DNA from: Candidatus Multivoradales bacterium
GTDB lineage: Bacteria > Acidobacteriota > Thermoanaerobaculia > Multivoradales > J023
Direction: 5' to 3'
NCBI GenBank assembly: GCA_965248925.1
Contig: CBDFLE010000006.1
Span: 4,576,001 to 4,640,000 of the forward strand
DNA: 64,000 nt
Part shown: positions 21,818-31,036 of the stretch, piece after piece
How the letters are laid out: each line of letters starts with the position of its first letter
Position numbering within the stretch: position 1 is the stretch's first letter
Translations under genes and position numbers: made by a program
The notes under the pieces: model-generated
Database searches by the model: none
What the model was told of the DNA's origin: nothing
The model's input: only the letters and a program-made list of their open reading frames with translations

Positions 21818-21867
21818 GGCGTGGGCAAGGGCGGGCTTGACTCGACAAAGTCCGCTGTTCGACCAAT

Positions 21868-22791
21868 CTATCGCATTTCACCGTTTACCGGGTCATCGAT
21901 CGGTGCGTCGCTTTGTTCGATGGCCGCCCAAGTCGCCAACAGTTGAACGGTCTCGCCGACATCATGAACGCGGACGATAGACGCCCCCGCCTGTGCGGCC
22001 CAGGCCACCGCCGCCAGGCTGCCACCCAATCTCTGATCGACGGCTGCTGGCGAGACCTCGGCGAGGAAGCTCTTACGGCTGGCGCCGATCAAGATTGGCC
22101 GCCCGAGTTGCTGGCGAAGCTCCGCGATAGATCGCAGCAGACTCAGATTGTCGGGCAGAAGTTTGCCGAAGCCGATGCCGGGATCGTAGATCAGTTGCTC
22201 TTGGCGGACGCCGCACCGGCGACCGAGCCGGCCCATTGCTGCAAGTTCGGCGATCACTTCAGGGACGGTGTCGACAAACTCGACTCGCGCTTGCATGGAG
22301 CCTACTTCGCCGCGGCTGTGCATCACCACCACCGGGCAGCCGGCGCTGGCGACGGCGCTGGCCAGCGCCGGGTCGGCCAGACCGCCGATATCATTGATCA
22401 GGTCAGCACCGGCGGCCAGTACTTGGCGGGCGACACTGCCTTTGCGGGTGTCGACAGCTAGCAAGGCATCGGTTTCGTGGCGCAGCCCTTCGAGTACCGG
22501 CAGCAGGCGGTCCGCCTCTTCGCTGGCGATCACTCGATCGGCGCCGCGGCCATAGACGCCACCGCCTGGGCGGGTCGATTCCGCACCTAGGTCGAGGATC
22601 TCAGCACCAGCCGCGAGCATCTCCAAGCCGTGGGCGATGGCCTTTTCGGGCTCCAGCCAACGGCCGCCATCGCTGAACGAATCGGGGGTGATGTTGAGCA
22701 CACCCATGACTTGGGGATGCATTCCGAGCTGCCAGCGGCGCTTGCCGGGTAGCTCGAGAGTCCAGGAGGAGGGAATTTGCGCTGTACCCAT
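21868..22791 (-). CDS. folP: Dihydropteroate synthase
   Basis: MGVLNITPDSFSDGG, GAESTRPG, DPGIGFGK, GASRKSF, RVHDV. Confidence 0.97.
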   Translation of the reverse strand: MGTAQIPSSWTLELPGKRRWQLGMHPQVMGVLNITPDSFSDGGRWLEPEKAIAHGLEMLAAGAEILDLGAESTRPGGGVYGRGADRVIASEEADRLLPVLEGLRHETDALLAVDTRKGSVARQVLAAGADLINDIGGLADPALASAVASAGCPVVVMHSRGEVGSMQARVEFVDTVPEVIAELAAMGRLGRRCGVRQEQLIYDPGIGFGKLLPDNLSLLRSIAELRQQLGRPILIGASRKSFLAEVSPAAVDQRLGGSLAAVAWAAQAGASIVRVHDVGETVQLLATWAAIEQSDAPIDDPVNGEMR

Positions 22792-22971
22792 CGGCGGGCA
22801 TCTTACGCCCGCCGTAGAACTCCGGCAACCGAGCCAGCCGCGTGTGTCGGTGATGGCGGCACACGCCGCTGGCGGGCTCTTGAAGCTCGTTCGTTGCTGC
22901 CCCGGCTCGACTCGAAAGGTCTGCCGTGAAGGCAGTGGGTCGCTCTCGGGCTGGCACCACGATGCCGTTTC

Positions 22972-24600
22972 TTAGGGGCAGGTGGCGAATGCCTGGGTGT
23001 CGGTGACCGCCGGTGCGCTGCGGCCCAATTGATTGAAGTAAGTTCTGCTGGCGTTGGTCTCGGTGTCGACCACCGTCAAGGTGTATTCCATATTGGTGGT
23101 AGCGGCGGAGAAAACCCAGAAGTGGTCGGTACTGTGGCAGCTGTCGAGAACCTTGAGCAAGACTTCCCAATTATCAGAACCGAAGAACCAGAACAGACCA
23201 GACTTGTCAGTTTGAGCATCGACGGTTTTCCCAGTGCCGCTACGGTTGCGGAAATTGGTCCAATCCGCGGTGACTCGGAAACGGTTGCCGTCTCGGCCGC
23301 CCAGACATAGGGTTTCGGCGTCGGGCACGCAGATGTCGCGTGGCCGGATACGCCCGTCGATCTCCGGGATCTGGAAGTTCGGATCGATGCGACAGGGGCC
23401 AGCGGCCAGACCGCCATTGGCAATGGCCTCGCAAGTGGTCTGCAAATCAGCGGCATCGGGCTGCGGCAGACCAGCCACCCAGCCGCGGAGTGACTCCCAG
23501 CCGGCCACCAGTTCGGCCTCGCTAAAGTCACAGTGGGTCGGAGTGTCCTCGACGATGATGCCGATGCTGAGGTTCTCTGGCGGCACTTTGGCGGCGTAGT
23601 CGCTCTCGTGCTCGACGATCACCAGGCCGTCTTTGTCGGTGTGCAACGAGACTATCTTGACCTCGCCAACTCTGCCGTTCGGGGTGTAGTTACGCCGCAG
23701 GAGGGCGCGAGCATTGGCGTCGGCCAAGACCCGCTGGACGCCATTGTTGGCGTTGGTGTCGCCATAGTCGGCATGGGCATTGTCGAGCCCCTGGCCGCCG
23801 CCCAGCTTGCGCGGATCGAAGACCAAATCAGCCAGGCCGAAGGTGACGAAGCCCATGTCAGTGAGGATGAACTCCTCCGGCAGTCCGGTGAGCTGCTGCA
23901 GTTGATTCAGGTTGGCAATTTGCTCGGCGCTGCGCTGGCTTGGCGGCAGCAGCACGCCGGTGCAGTTGTTGACCGCGGCGGCCAAGGCGTTAGGGTCGAA
24001 GTTGGGGTCGGGCGGGAAAGCGAGGCCGGTGGTGCCGCCGGCAATGGCAGCGCCCGCCACATTCTCGCAAACGTAGTCGTAGAGGAGGCGCAAGTCGAGG
24101 CCGCCATCCCACGCTTTGCTGCCGGCCAGGGCGCCACACACCGGCAGGGCTCCAACCACGTTGCCCATGCCGCCCTGCTCGACCGCCTGAGCGGTGACCA
24201 GTCCGCCCAACGAAGCGCCGTAGATCATCACCTGATCAGGAATGCCGATGGTGTTCTCGAAGACTTCGACCAGCTGCTGGTTGTCGTCCAGGGTGTTGAA
24301 CAGCGCCCAGCCGATTTGGCTGTAGCTGGAGGCGGCGACAGCGTAGTCCTCTGAGAGCTGCAATGCTGCCAGTGGACCCATGTCTTGCACTGGGCCGATT
24401 GGTGAGAGGCTGAAGCCGTGGTTCCAGATCGCCAGGCCATCTGCCGGGGTCCAGCCGTCGGGAACCTGGATCTTGTAGTAAGCGCCGCTCCGGGTTTGAC
24501 CGTTGAACTCGGTCTGGGCAGTTGCCGGGGATGCGGTGACGCAAGCGAGTAGTAGTACACCCGCCGCGGCGGCGCGGGTCAACATGGGTCTCGAAGGCAT
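22972..24600 (-). CDS. Secreted alpha/beta-hydrolase with a lineage-typical C-terminal beta domain
   Basis: Signal peptide; HG oxyanion motif, GASLG nucleophile elbow, candidate Asp (KDGLV) and His (HCDF); C-terminal LCL..NRFRV..W...FWFF...EVLLKVLD.C...FWVF...TD..AF..C domain. Confidence 0.8.
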   Translation of the reverse strand: MPSRPMLTRAAAAGVLLLACVTASPATAQTEFNGQTRSGAYYKIQVPDGWTPADGLAIWNHGFSLSPIGPVQDMGPLAALQLSEDYAVAASSYSQIGWALFNTLDDNQQLVEVFENTIGIPDQVMIYGASLGGLVTAQAVEQGGMGNVVGALPVCGALAGSKAWDGGLDLRLLYDYVCENVAGAAIAGGTTGLAFPPDPNFDPNALAAAVNNCTGVLLPPSQRSAEQIANLNQLQQLTGLPEEFILTDMGFVTFGLADLVFDPRKLGGGQGLDNAHADYGDTNANNGVQRVLADANARALLRRNYTPNGRVGEVKIVSLHTDKDGLVIVEHESDYAAKVPPENLSIGIIVEDTPTHCDFSEAELVAGWESLRGWVAGLPQPDAADLQTTCEAIANGGLAAGPCRIDPNFQIPEIDGRIRPRDICVPDAETLCLGGRDGNRFRVTADWTNFRNRSGTGKTVDAQTDKSGLFWFFGSDNWEVLLKVLDSCHSTDHFWVFSAATTNMEYTLTVVDTETNASRTYFNQLGRSAPAVTDTQAFATCP

Positions 24601-24717
24601 TCGAACCTCCTCCTTGCAGATAGGGCAGAGCGCGGCTGAAATGTGCTCCCGCCGCAGTCTGAGATGGATGAGTTCCCCCTAGGCTATCACCGCCGCGACG
24701 GCGGCCAGGGCAAGGCA

Positions 24718-24745
24718 AAACCGGCAGGTGATCACCTGCCGGTTT
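24718..24745 (-). terminator. Intrinsic terminator after ftsH
   Basis: Perfect 28-bp palindrome AAACCGGCAGGTGATCACCTGCCGGTTT about 27 nt after the ftsH stop. Confidence 0.75.
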
Positions 24746-24771
24746 ATCGGACTCAGAGATCGAAACTCAGG

Positions 24772-26730
24772 TCAGGAGGTTGCTGGCGAAGGCAGCGAGT
24801 CGCCGGGCAGCGGACTGTCTACCGTATCGGTTTCCTCGGCTGAGGAGGCGGTATCGCCCGGGGGCGAATCGACTTCGTGGTCGTTGCTCCGCGGTGGGTC
24901 GTGGGTGGTCGGACCCAGGCGTTGGCCGGTCATTTCCTCGATCAAGCGATAGATCTCGTAGCCTTCGAGCGACTCCCGGTCCAGCAGGTCGAGTGAGAGG
25001 CGCTCCAGAACCGCGCTCTGGTCGGTGAGGACCTGGGTCGCCTTGGTGTAGCCCTCGGTGACGATTCGCTCCACCTCCTGGTCGATCTTGATCGCCGTCT
25101 CTTGGCTGTAGTCGGCGCGCTGGGCGAACTCGCGGCCGAGGAAAACAGGCTCGTCCTTCTGGCCGTAGGACAAAGGGCCAAGAGTTGACATGCCCCACTC
25201 ACAAACCATCTGGCGGGCCGTGTCGGTGGCTCGTTCAATGTCGTTGCCGGCACCGCTGGTGATATCACCCTGACTGATCTCTTCGGCTACCCGGCCACCC
25301 ATCAGGATGGCGATCTGATTCTCGAGAAAGCGCTGCTTGTAGGTATGCCGGTCTTCGGTCGGTAGCTGCATGGTCAAGCCAAGCGCGCGGCCGCGGGGAA
25401 TGATGGTTACCTTATGCAGCGGATCGGTGCCGGGCAAGAAGGCGGCTACCAAGGCATGGCCGGCCTCGTGATAGGCGGTCACCTCTTTTTCCTCGTCGGT
25501 GAGCATCATCGATTTGCGCTCGACGCCCATCATCACCTTGTCTTTGGCGTAGTCGAAATCCTCCATCTCGACAGAACTCTTGTTGCGCCGAGCGGCGATC
25601 AGGGCGGCCTCGTTGACCAAGTTGGCCAAGTCGGCACCGGCGAAACCTGGGGTGCCGCGGGCCAGAATCTGGAGATCGACATCCTCGCCGAGAGGGAAGG
25701 TCTTGGTGTGCACCCGCAAGATGCCCAGTCGGCCGAGGATGTCCGGACGATCGACCACGACCCGGCGATCGAAGCGGCCGGGGCGTAGCAACGCCGGATC
25801 TAGCACGTCGGGGCGATTGGTGGCGGCGATCAGAATGACCCCTTCGTTGGTCTCGAAGCCGTCCATTTCGACCAATAGCTGGTTGAGGGTTTGCTCGCGT
25901 TCATCGTGGCCACCGCCTAGTCCGGCGCCGCGATGCCGGCCGACTGCATCGATCTCGTCGATGAAGATGATGCAAGGAGCGTTCTTCTGCCCTTGTTCGA
26001 AGAGGTCGCGAACTCGGCTGGCACCGACGCCGACGAACATCTCGACGAAATCTGAGCCCGAGATGGAGAAAAATGGCACGCTGGCCTCGCCAGCAATGGC
26101 TCGGGCCAGCAAGGTCTTGCCGGTGCCCGGCGGGCCCATCAACAGGATACCCTTGGGAATCTTGCCGCCGAGTTTCTGGAATCTCTGGGGCTCTTTGAGG
26201 AATTCGACCACTTCGCCGAGCTCCGCCTTGGCTTCCTCGACCCCGGCAACATCATCGAAAGTGACCTTCTTGCCCGCGTTGTTGAGCAGCTTGGCCTTCG
26301 ACTTGCCGAATGACAGGGCCTTCTTGCCACCGTTTTGGAATTGGCGCATGAAGAAGATCCATAGGCCGACGATCAGCAGCACCGGCCCCCAGCCAAGGAA
26401 GATCGCGAGTAGAGGGTTGTCCTTGCGCGGCTCGATGACAATGACCACCCCGGCGTCGTGCAGTTTGTCGACCAGATCTGGGTATTCATTGGGCTTGAAG
26501 GTGTGAAATTTGTTGGCTTCTAGCTGGCCGCCCTTGAAAGAGCCACTAATCTCACCGTCGCTGTTGCGGATTGTCACCTTCTCGATTCGGCCGGCCTCGA
26601 CTTCGGACAGGAAGTCACTGAAGTTGAGTTCTTGCTGGGCAGCCGTGGTGCCTTGGATCCTGTTCCATAAGAACAGGGCGACGGCGAAGATCACAAACCA
26701 GAGAATGAGAGTTCTGACGGTCGAGTTCAC
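24772..26730 (-). CDS. ftsH: ATP-dependent zinc metalloprotease FtsH
   Basis: 2 [15 protein letters not shown], second region of homology, HEAGH. Confidence 0.98.
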   Translation of the reverse strand: MNSTVRTLILWFVIFAVALFLWNRIQGTTAAQQELNFSDFLSEVEAGRIEKVTIRNSDGEISGSFKGGQLEANKFHTFKPNEYPDLVDKLHDAGVVIVIEPRKDNPLLAIFLGWGPVLLIVGLWIFFMRQFQNGGKKALSFGKSKAKLLNNAGKKVTFDDVAGVEEAKAELGEVVEFLKEPQRFQKLGGKIPKGILLMGPPGTGKTLLARAIAGEASVPFFSISGSDFVEMFVGVGASRVRDLFEQGQKNAPCIIFIDEIDAVGRHRGAGLGGGHDEREQTLNQLLVEMDGFETNEGVILIAATNRPDVLDPALLRPGRFDRRVVVDRPDILGRLGILRVHTKTFPLGEDVDLQILARGTPGFAGADLANLVNEAALIAARRNKSSVEMEDFDYAKDKVMMGVERKSMMLTDEEKEVTAYHEAGHALVAAFLPGTDPLHKVTIIPRGRALGLTMQLPTEDRHTYKQRFLENQIAILMGGRVAEEISQGDITSGAGNDIERATDTARQMVCEWGMSTLGPLSYGQKDEPVFLGREFAQRADYSQETAIKIDQEVERIVTEGYTKATQVLTDQSAVLERLSLDLLDRESLEGYEIYRLIEEMTGQRLGPTTHDPPRSNDHEVDSPPGDTASSAEETDTVDSPLPGDSLPSPATS

Positions 26731-26945
26731 AGCTAAGAACCTTTCGGCAAGCTACCCAGCATGGGTAGATGACGCCAATGGACGGCTTGGGTCCGCCGCG
26801 ATCAGACCGCGGCGCTCAGGCCTGCGCAAGCTAGCACGAACCTGTAGCAGTAAGAACGGTGGCAAGCGGTAAAAGATTCCACCTCGCTTGCCGACAGAGG
26901 CTGATCTTGACCCGAGACCAACGAAGTCCCCGCGACGCCAGGGCG

Positions 26946-28319
26946 TCAGAGAGCTTCGGTTCTAGCCACCCACACCTGCCCCGGACTGCTCGCTCGACTG
27001 TCGGCTGGCGGTAGCCTACAAGACTCTGCGAGCGCTACGCCAGGAACCCAGGCCAGTTCCCCTCTGATGATCAACAACGGTAGAAAATCTCGCGCGAAGC
27101 GGGGCATCCGACGATCGATCAGCACTTTCTTGAGCCGGCGCCGGCCGCTGCAACCGAGAGGGTGAATCCGGTCTCCCGGCCGCCGGCTACGAATCTCGAC
27201 GCCGGCCAGCGGTGGCGATCGTATCCACAATCCAACCCGCCGCGGCTGGTAGCGGTACATCCAAGGGGCAATCGCCGCCGGCTGCAGGTGGAAGCGGAGG
27301 CCCACTTCGGCGAGGTCGACGCTTCCCGGTGGCGTGAGTGTATAGGTGAAAGCGGCGAGCGCGGGGCGTTGGCGGTGCAGCCAGAGATGCTTGGAATCCC
27401 CATCCCAGCGCCAGCCATCGCCACAGTCGCAGCCCACGGCAGTGCCGCGGCTTAGTTGCCGATCTAGCTCGCGGCGCGCTGTTAACGGCGGTGGATAAGC
27501 GGCTCCCGCTCGATGGTGCAGCATAGCCAGCGCTGCTGGACGTAGTTCGCTGGGTAGCGCGACCAGTCGCTGGCGGTCGAGCTCGATAGCATGGGCCGTG
27601 GGTTGCGGCTGCAGCAGCTCTTGCAGCCGCTGCTCGAGGTGGTGGCGAGCACGAGCCGCCGCCGCCGCCAAGCGGCACAAGCGCGGGGTGATATCGGGGA
27701 GCCGCTCGCGCAGTCGTGGCAACAGACAGTGTCTGACCCGGTTACGCGGCACTCGTAAATCGGCGTTCGTAGGGTCGCTCAGAGGCTTTACCCGGCTGCT
27801 GGCCAGTGCCGCTTGCAGGGCCTGGCGAGATAGGCCGAGCAAGGGTCTCGAAAGGTAGCCACGGTGGGCTTGCATGGCGGCCAGGCCGGCGAGACCGCTG
27901 CCGAAGAGCATCCGCAGCAAGACGGTCTCAGCTTGGTCGTCAGCGTGATGGGCGGTGGCGAGGTAGCGTGCTCCGAGGCGTCGAGCGAGGCCATTGAGAA
28001 AAGCGTAACGCAGCTGGCGCGCATGTGCCTCCGGGCTCTCCTCAGAGCCGCGTAGCAGCTCGGAGCCGGTCGCTCGAGCAGAGGAAAATGCGACTCCCAG
28101 AGAGCGCGATAGCTCGCCAGCGGCTAGTGCCCGGTGAGCTGAGTCTGCATCCAAACCATGGTCGAAATGGCCGGCGTGGAGGCGAAAGTCCAGCTGCGAC
28201 GCCAAGCGGCTGAGACCCCACAGCAGCGCACAGGAATCGGGACCGCCGGAAAATGCCACGACGATGAGATCAGCCGGTGCAATCCGCTGCTGGAAATGCT
28301 CCCGCAGCGTCGCCAGCAA
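26946..28319 (-). CDS. tilS: tRNA(Ile)-lysidine synthase
   Basis: AFSGGPDS PP-loop, ATAHHADDQAET, RPLL, RNRVRH, C-terminal RSRRPGDRI...LKKVL. Confidence 0.95.
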   Translation of the reverse strand: MLATLREHFQQRIAPADLIVVAFSGGPDSCALLWGLSRLASQLDFRLHAGHFDHGLDADSAHRALAAGELSRSLGVAFSSARATGSELLRGSEESPEAHARQLRYAFLNGLARRLGARYLATAHHADDQAETVLLRMLFGSGLAGLAAMQAHRGYLSRPLLGLSRQALQAALASSRVKPLSDPTNADLRVPRNRVRHCLLPRLRERLPDITPRLCRLAAAAARARHHLEQRLQELLQPQPTAHAIELDRQRLVALPSELRPAALAMLHHRAGAAYPPPLTARRELDRQLSRGTAVGCDCGDGWRWDGDSKHLWLHRQRPALAAFTYTLTPPGSVDLAEVGLRFHLQPAAIAPWMYRYQPRRVGLWIRSPPLAGVEIRSRRPGDRIHPLGCSGRRRLKKVLIDRRMPRFARDFLPLLIIRGELAWVPGVALAESCRLPPADSRASSPGQVWVARTEAL

Positions 28320-28398
28320 CTCGGCGGCGCCTCTTTGGGCGGATTGGTTGGGGCGGCTTTTGAGCAGCGCGGAGAGACAATGCGGGACAGAGTTTTAG

Positions 28399-28475
28399 TG
28401 GTGGCGGTGAAGGGACTTGAACCCCTGACACAGCGGATATGAGCCGCTTGCTCTAACCAACTGAGCTACACCGCC
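28399..28475 (-). tRNA. tRNA-CAT, most likely elongator tRNA-Met
   Basis: GGCGGTG...CACCGCC-A-CCA, CTCATAT loop. G1-C72 is paired, so not initiator; G4/G5 rather than the C4/C5 TilS determinants known from E. coli. Confidence 0.9.
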
Positions 28476-28662
28476 GAAGCCGGGCGACCTGAAGGAGCTG
28501 GCGGAGAAAGTCGAGTCGCAGAGCGTCGAGGTGGGTTCGCGCCTGCGCCTGACCTTCACTACGGGCTCTTAGGCCGCGGCGCGCGACGTTAGCTCAGGCA
28601 GCGACCGTCTGTCAAAGGTCAGCGGCGAAGAAATGCGGTGAGTCTTGCTGACTACGGCCCTA

Positions 28663-28703
28663 TTTGCCTAGTTGCCACAATCTTTTGCCCAGTTGTCACA
28701 ATC
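28663..28703 (+). promoter_or_regulatory. 20-bp direct repeat (period 21) upstream of the small Cys-rich gene
   Basis: TTTGCCTAGTTGCCACAATC / TTTGCCCAGTTGTCACAATC (18/20), followed by TATACT at 28714-28719. Confidence 0.6.
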
Positions 28704-28725
28704 TGCATGCGACTATACTGAGCGA

Positions 28726-28923
28726 GTGTGGGAGCGCGAAACCAAGAAATGCCTGCACTGCGAGGCGTCGAACCACCAGCGGCTGCTCGAGCAGTGTGTC
28801 ACTTGTCGGCAGCATTTTTGCCGGCTGTGTGCAGTCCACCGCATGGGGCGCCGCTTCTGCGGCATCCACTGCTGCGATCTGTTCTTCTTCGGCGGCGAAG
28901 AAGACGAGCTAGACGGGGCATAG
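28726..28923 (+). CDS. Small Cys-rich putative Zn-finger protein (65 aa) with acidic tail
   Basis: From GTG 28726: CLHC...CVTC...FCRLC...FCGIHC (four Cys pairs), tail GGEEDELDGA; TATACT 6 nt upstream. Confidence 0.65.
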   Translation: MWERETKKCLHCEASNHQRLLEQCVTCRQHFCRLCAVHRMGRRFCGIHCCDLFFFGGEEDELDGA

Positions 28924-29021
28924 TCCTGCCGTCCAGCAGCCTGTAGATCGGCGCAGCCAGCAGCCAGGCAGCAGATTGCCTCAGCGGCTGCCCGGCCGAC
29001 TCCGACGCTTGGCCGCGACAC

Positions 29022-29333
29022 TCAGCGAAGAACTTCTTGACAGCTGCGGAACTGGCCAAAGAACTGCCGCATCGAACTCGCCAGCGCAGAATCGTTGAGC
29101 GAGTAGATGACATTCTGGCCACGCCGCTGGTCGATCACCAAATCGGCCTCTTTCAGCACCGACAGGTGGCGTGAAATCGTCGGTTGCGAGAGATCGAACT
29201 TGGCGACGATTTCGCCGACCGAATACTGCTGCTCTTCGAGCAACCGTAGGATCTCTTGTCGGGTGCCGTCTGCCAAGGCCTTGAAGATCTTGGTCATTCG
29301 GCGGCTGTGGGCGCGTTCCATTGAATTGTCCAT
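29022..29333 (-). CDS. ArsR/SmtB family transcriptional regulator
   Basis: FKALADGTRQEIL...LSQPTISRHLSVLKEADLV...RRGQNVIYSL; AGAGGTGA SD before ATG 29333. Confidence 0.92.
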   Translation of the reverse strand: MDNSMERAHSRRMTKIFKALADGTRQEILRLLEEQQYSVGEIVAKFDLSQPTISRHLSVLKEADLVIDQRRGQNVIYSLNDSALASSMRQFFGQFRSCQEVLR

Positions 29334-29565
29334 CGTGTCACCTCTTCGAATTGGGCGTCTCTCTGAGTATTCCTCCTCACTCAACTCGTGCAGTGTATGT
29401 TCGGGTTGTTGAGCAATACTTGAGAAGTTCGGTTTGCTTGGCTACGAGCATGCGCACTTTCTGAGCACTAATGTGCAAGCTTCGCTATATACGCAATTAA
29501 GAGAATGTCAAACAGTTAGGACCAGGAGGCAATGACCGGAGAAACTGGCGGGATAGGCCCAACGC

Positions 29566-29597
29566 ACCGAGCCCCGGCGATCAAACCGGGGCTCGGT
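29566..29597 (-). terminator. Hairpin terminator downstream of sodA
   Basis: 12-bp perfect stem ACCGAGCCCCGG-N8-CCGGGGCTCGGT; weak U-tract. Confidence 0.65.
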
Positions 29598-29621
29598 ACT
29601 TGCGTTCAGGGAGTTGGTGAG

Positions 29622-30221
29622 CTAAGTGGCGAGACGAGCTGCCACCGTTTGCCAATCGACGACATTCCACCAAGCCTGCAGGTAGTCCGGCCGCCGGTTC
29701 TGGTAGTTCAGATAGTAGGCGTGCTCCCAAACGTCAATGCCTAGCAGAGGAGTCTTGCCGCTGGAGATTGGACTGTCTTGGTTGGCGGTGGCCATCACCG
29801 CGAGCTGGTCGCCGTCCTTGACCAACCAGGTCCAGCCGGAGCCGAATTGGCCGCCGCCAGCGGCATTGATCTTGGCCTTGAGTGGGTCCAAGCCGCCGAA
29901 ATCCCGGTCAATAGCTGCTCCCAGGTCGCCGCTAGGGCTGCCGCCACCGCTGGGGCTCATGATGTCCCAGAAGAGGCTGTGGTTGGCGTGGCCGCCACCG
30001 TTGTTTCGTACCGCGGTGCGCACCGCTTGTGGCAGCGTCTCTAGGTCGGTGAGCAGTTCTTCGACCGACTTGGTAGCCAATTCCTGGTTGCCTTCTATGG
30101 CCTTGTTGAGATTGCCGACGTAGGCGGCGTGATGACGATCATGGTGAATCTCCATGGTGCGGGCGTCAATATGCGGTTCGAGCGCGTCGAAAGCGTATTT
30201 CAGAGGCGGTACTTCATACAT
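29622..30221 (-). CDS. sodA: Superoxide dismutase (Mn-type signature)
   Basis: [31 protein letters not shown]. Confidence 0.96.
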   Translation of the reverse strand: MYEVPPLKYAFDALEPHIDARTMEIHHDRHHAAYVGNLNKAIEGNQELATKSVEELLTDLETLPQAVRTAVRNNGGGHANHSLFWDIMSPSGGGSPSGDLGAAIDRDFGGLDPLKAKINAAGGGQFGSGWTWLVKDGDQLAVMATANQDSPISSGKTPLLGIDVWEHAYYLNYQNRRPDYLQAWWNVVDWQTVAARLAT

Positions 30222-30363
30222 GGATTGAGCTCCTTCTTGGGCTAGGATGGTACTGATGACAGTGCTGTGACTGGGCCGTGAGTATAGTGCCGAGTTGCGG
30301 TGCTGCGGTGTTCTGGGTTGAGTGCTGCCACGGTTCTTGGCAAATCTAGTGGTCCGGCAGGCG

Positions 30364-30392
30364 TTGACTTCTTTCGGGTGGTTCCCTAAAAT
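30364..30392 (+). promoter_or_regulatory. sigma70 promoter of tRNA-Val/tRNA-Asp
   Basis: TTGACT, 17 nt, TAAAAT, then GC-rich discriminator GCCGCC. Confidence 0.75.
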
Positions 30393-30407
30393 GCCGCCTC
30401 CGACGTC

Positions 30408-30484
30408 GGGGGGTTAGCTCAGCTGGTTAGAGCACCTGCCTTACACGCAGGGGGTCGCGGGTTCAAGTCCCTCACCTCCCACCA
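30408..30484 (+). tRNA. tRNA-Val(TAC)
   Basis: GGGGGGT...ACCTCCC-A-CCA; CTTACAC loop; GGTTCAAGTCC. Confidence 0.96.
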
Positions 30485-30580
30485 GCGCAAGTGAGGAGGC
30501 GGGGAGTCGCCGGAGCAGCTTTTGGCACCGGGTCGATTAGCGATCGTGGTCAACTGACCGCAATCGAGGGTTGGCCGCGG

Positions 30581-30640
30581 TTCAGTTTTGACAGTTTCAG
30601 TTGACAGTTTCGTTGACAGTTTCAGTTTTGACAGTTCAGC
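30581..30640 (+). repeat. Four tandem TTGACAGT-containing units abutting tRNA-Asp
   Basis: TTGACAGT at 30588, 30601, 30613 and 30628, joined by TTC(A)G(TT) linkers. Confidence 0.85.
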
Positions 30641-30717
30641 GGGGTCGTAGTTCAGCTGGTTAGAATGCCGGCCTGTCACGCCGGAGGTCGCGGGTTCGAG
30701 TCCCGTCGACCCCGCCA
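30641..30717 (+). tRNA. tRNA-Asp(GTC)
   Basis: GGGGTCG...CGACCCC-G-CCA; CTGTCAC loop; GGTTCGAGTCC. Confidence 0.97.
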
Positions 30718-30828
30718 GTTTCCTCACCTTGTCTCACGAAGCGCCCTTGCAACGGCTGCTTCGGCAGCTGTCGACATTGGGTTAGACAGCCTCTCTCGGC
30801 ACTGGATGCCGAGGCTCGGAGATCGGAT

Positions 30829-30984
30829 ATGCGCGAGAAGATCAAGCTCGTTTCTTCGGCCGGCACCGGCTACTTCTACACCACCACCAAGAACAAGCGC
30901 ACCTCAACTGAGAAGCTGCGGTTGAAGAAGTACGACCCCAAGGTTCGCCGTCACGTCGAATTCGTCGAAGAAAAGCTGCGCTGA
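30829..30984 (+). CDS. rpmG: 50S ribosomal protein L33 (Cys-free form)
   Basis: Manual translation [51 protein letters not shown]; 51 aa, below the ORF-track cutoff. Confidence 0.96.
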   Translation: MREKIKLVSSAGTGYFYTTTKNKRTSTEKLRLKKYDPKVRRHVEFVEEKLR

Positions 30985-31036
30985 GTTCTAGCTTCCCGGC
31001 GCGCTGCCGGCCTCGTCCATCAGAGCGCTTGCCGCG

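Noticed and set aside
22792-22971. THF riboswitch upstream of folP
   Set aside because: Hairpins exist but there is no THF consensus; a -10 hexamer next to the ATG suggests a leaderless gene.
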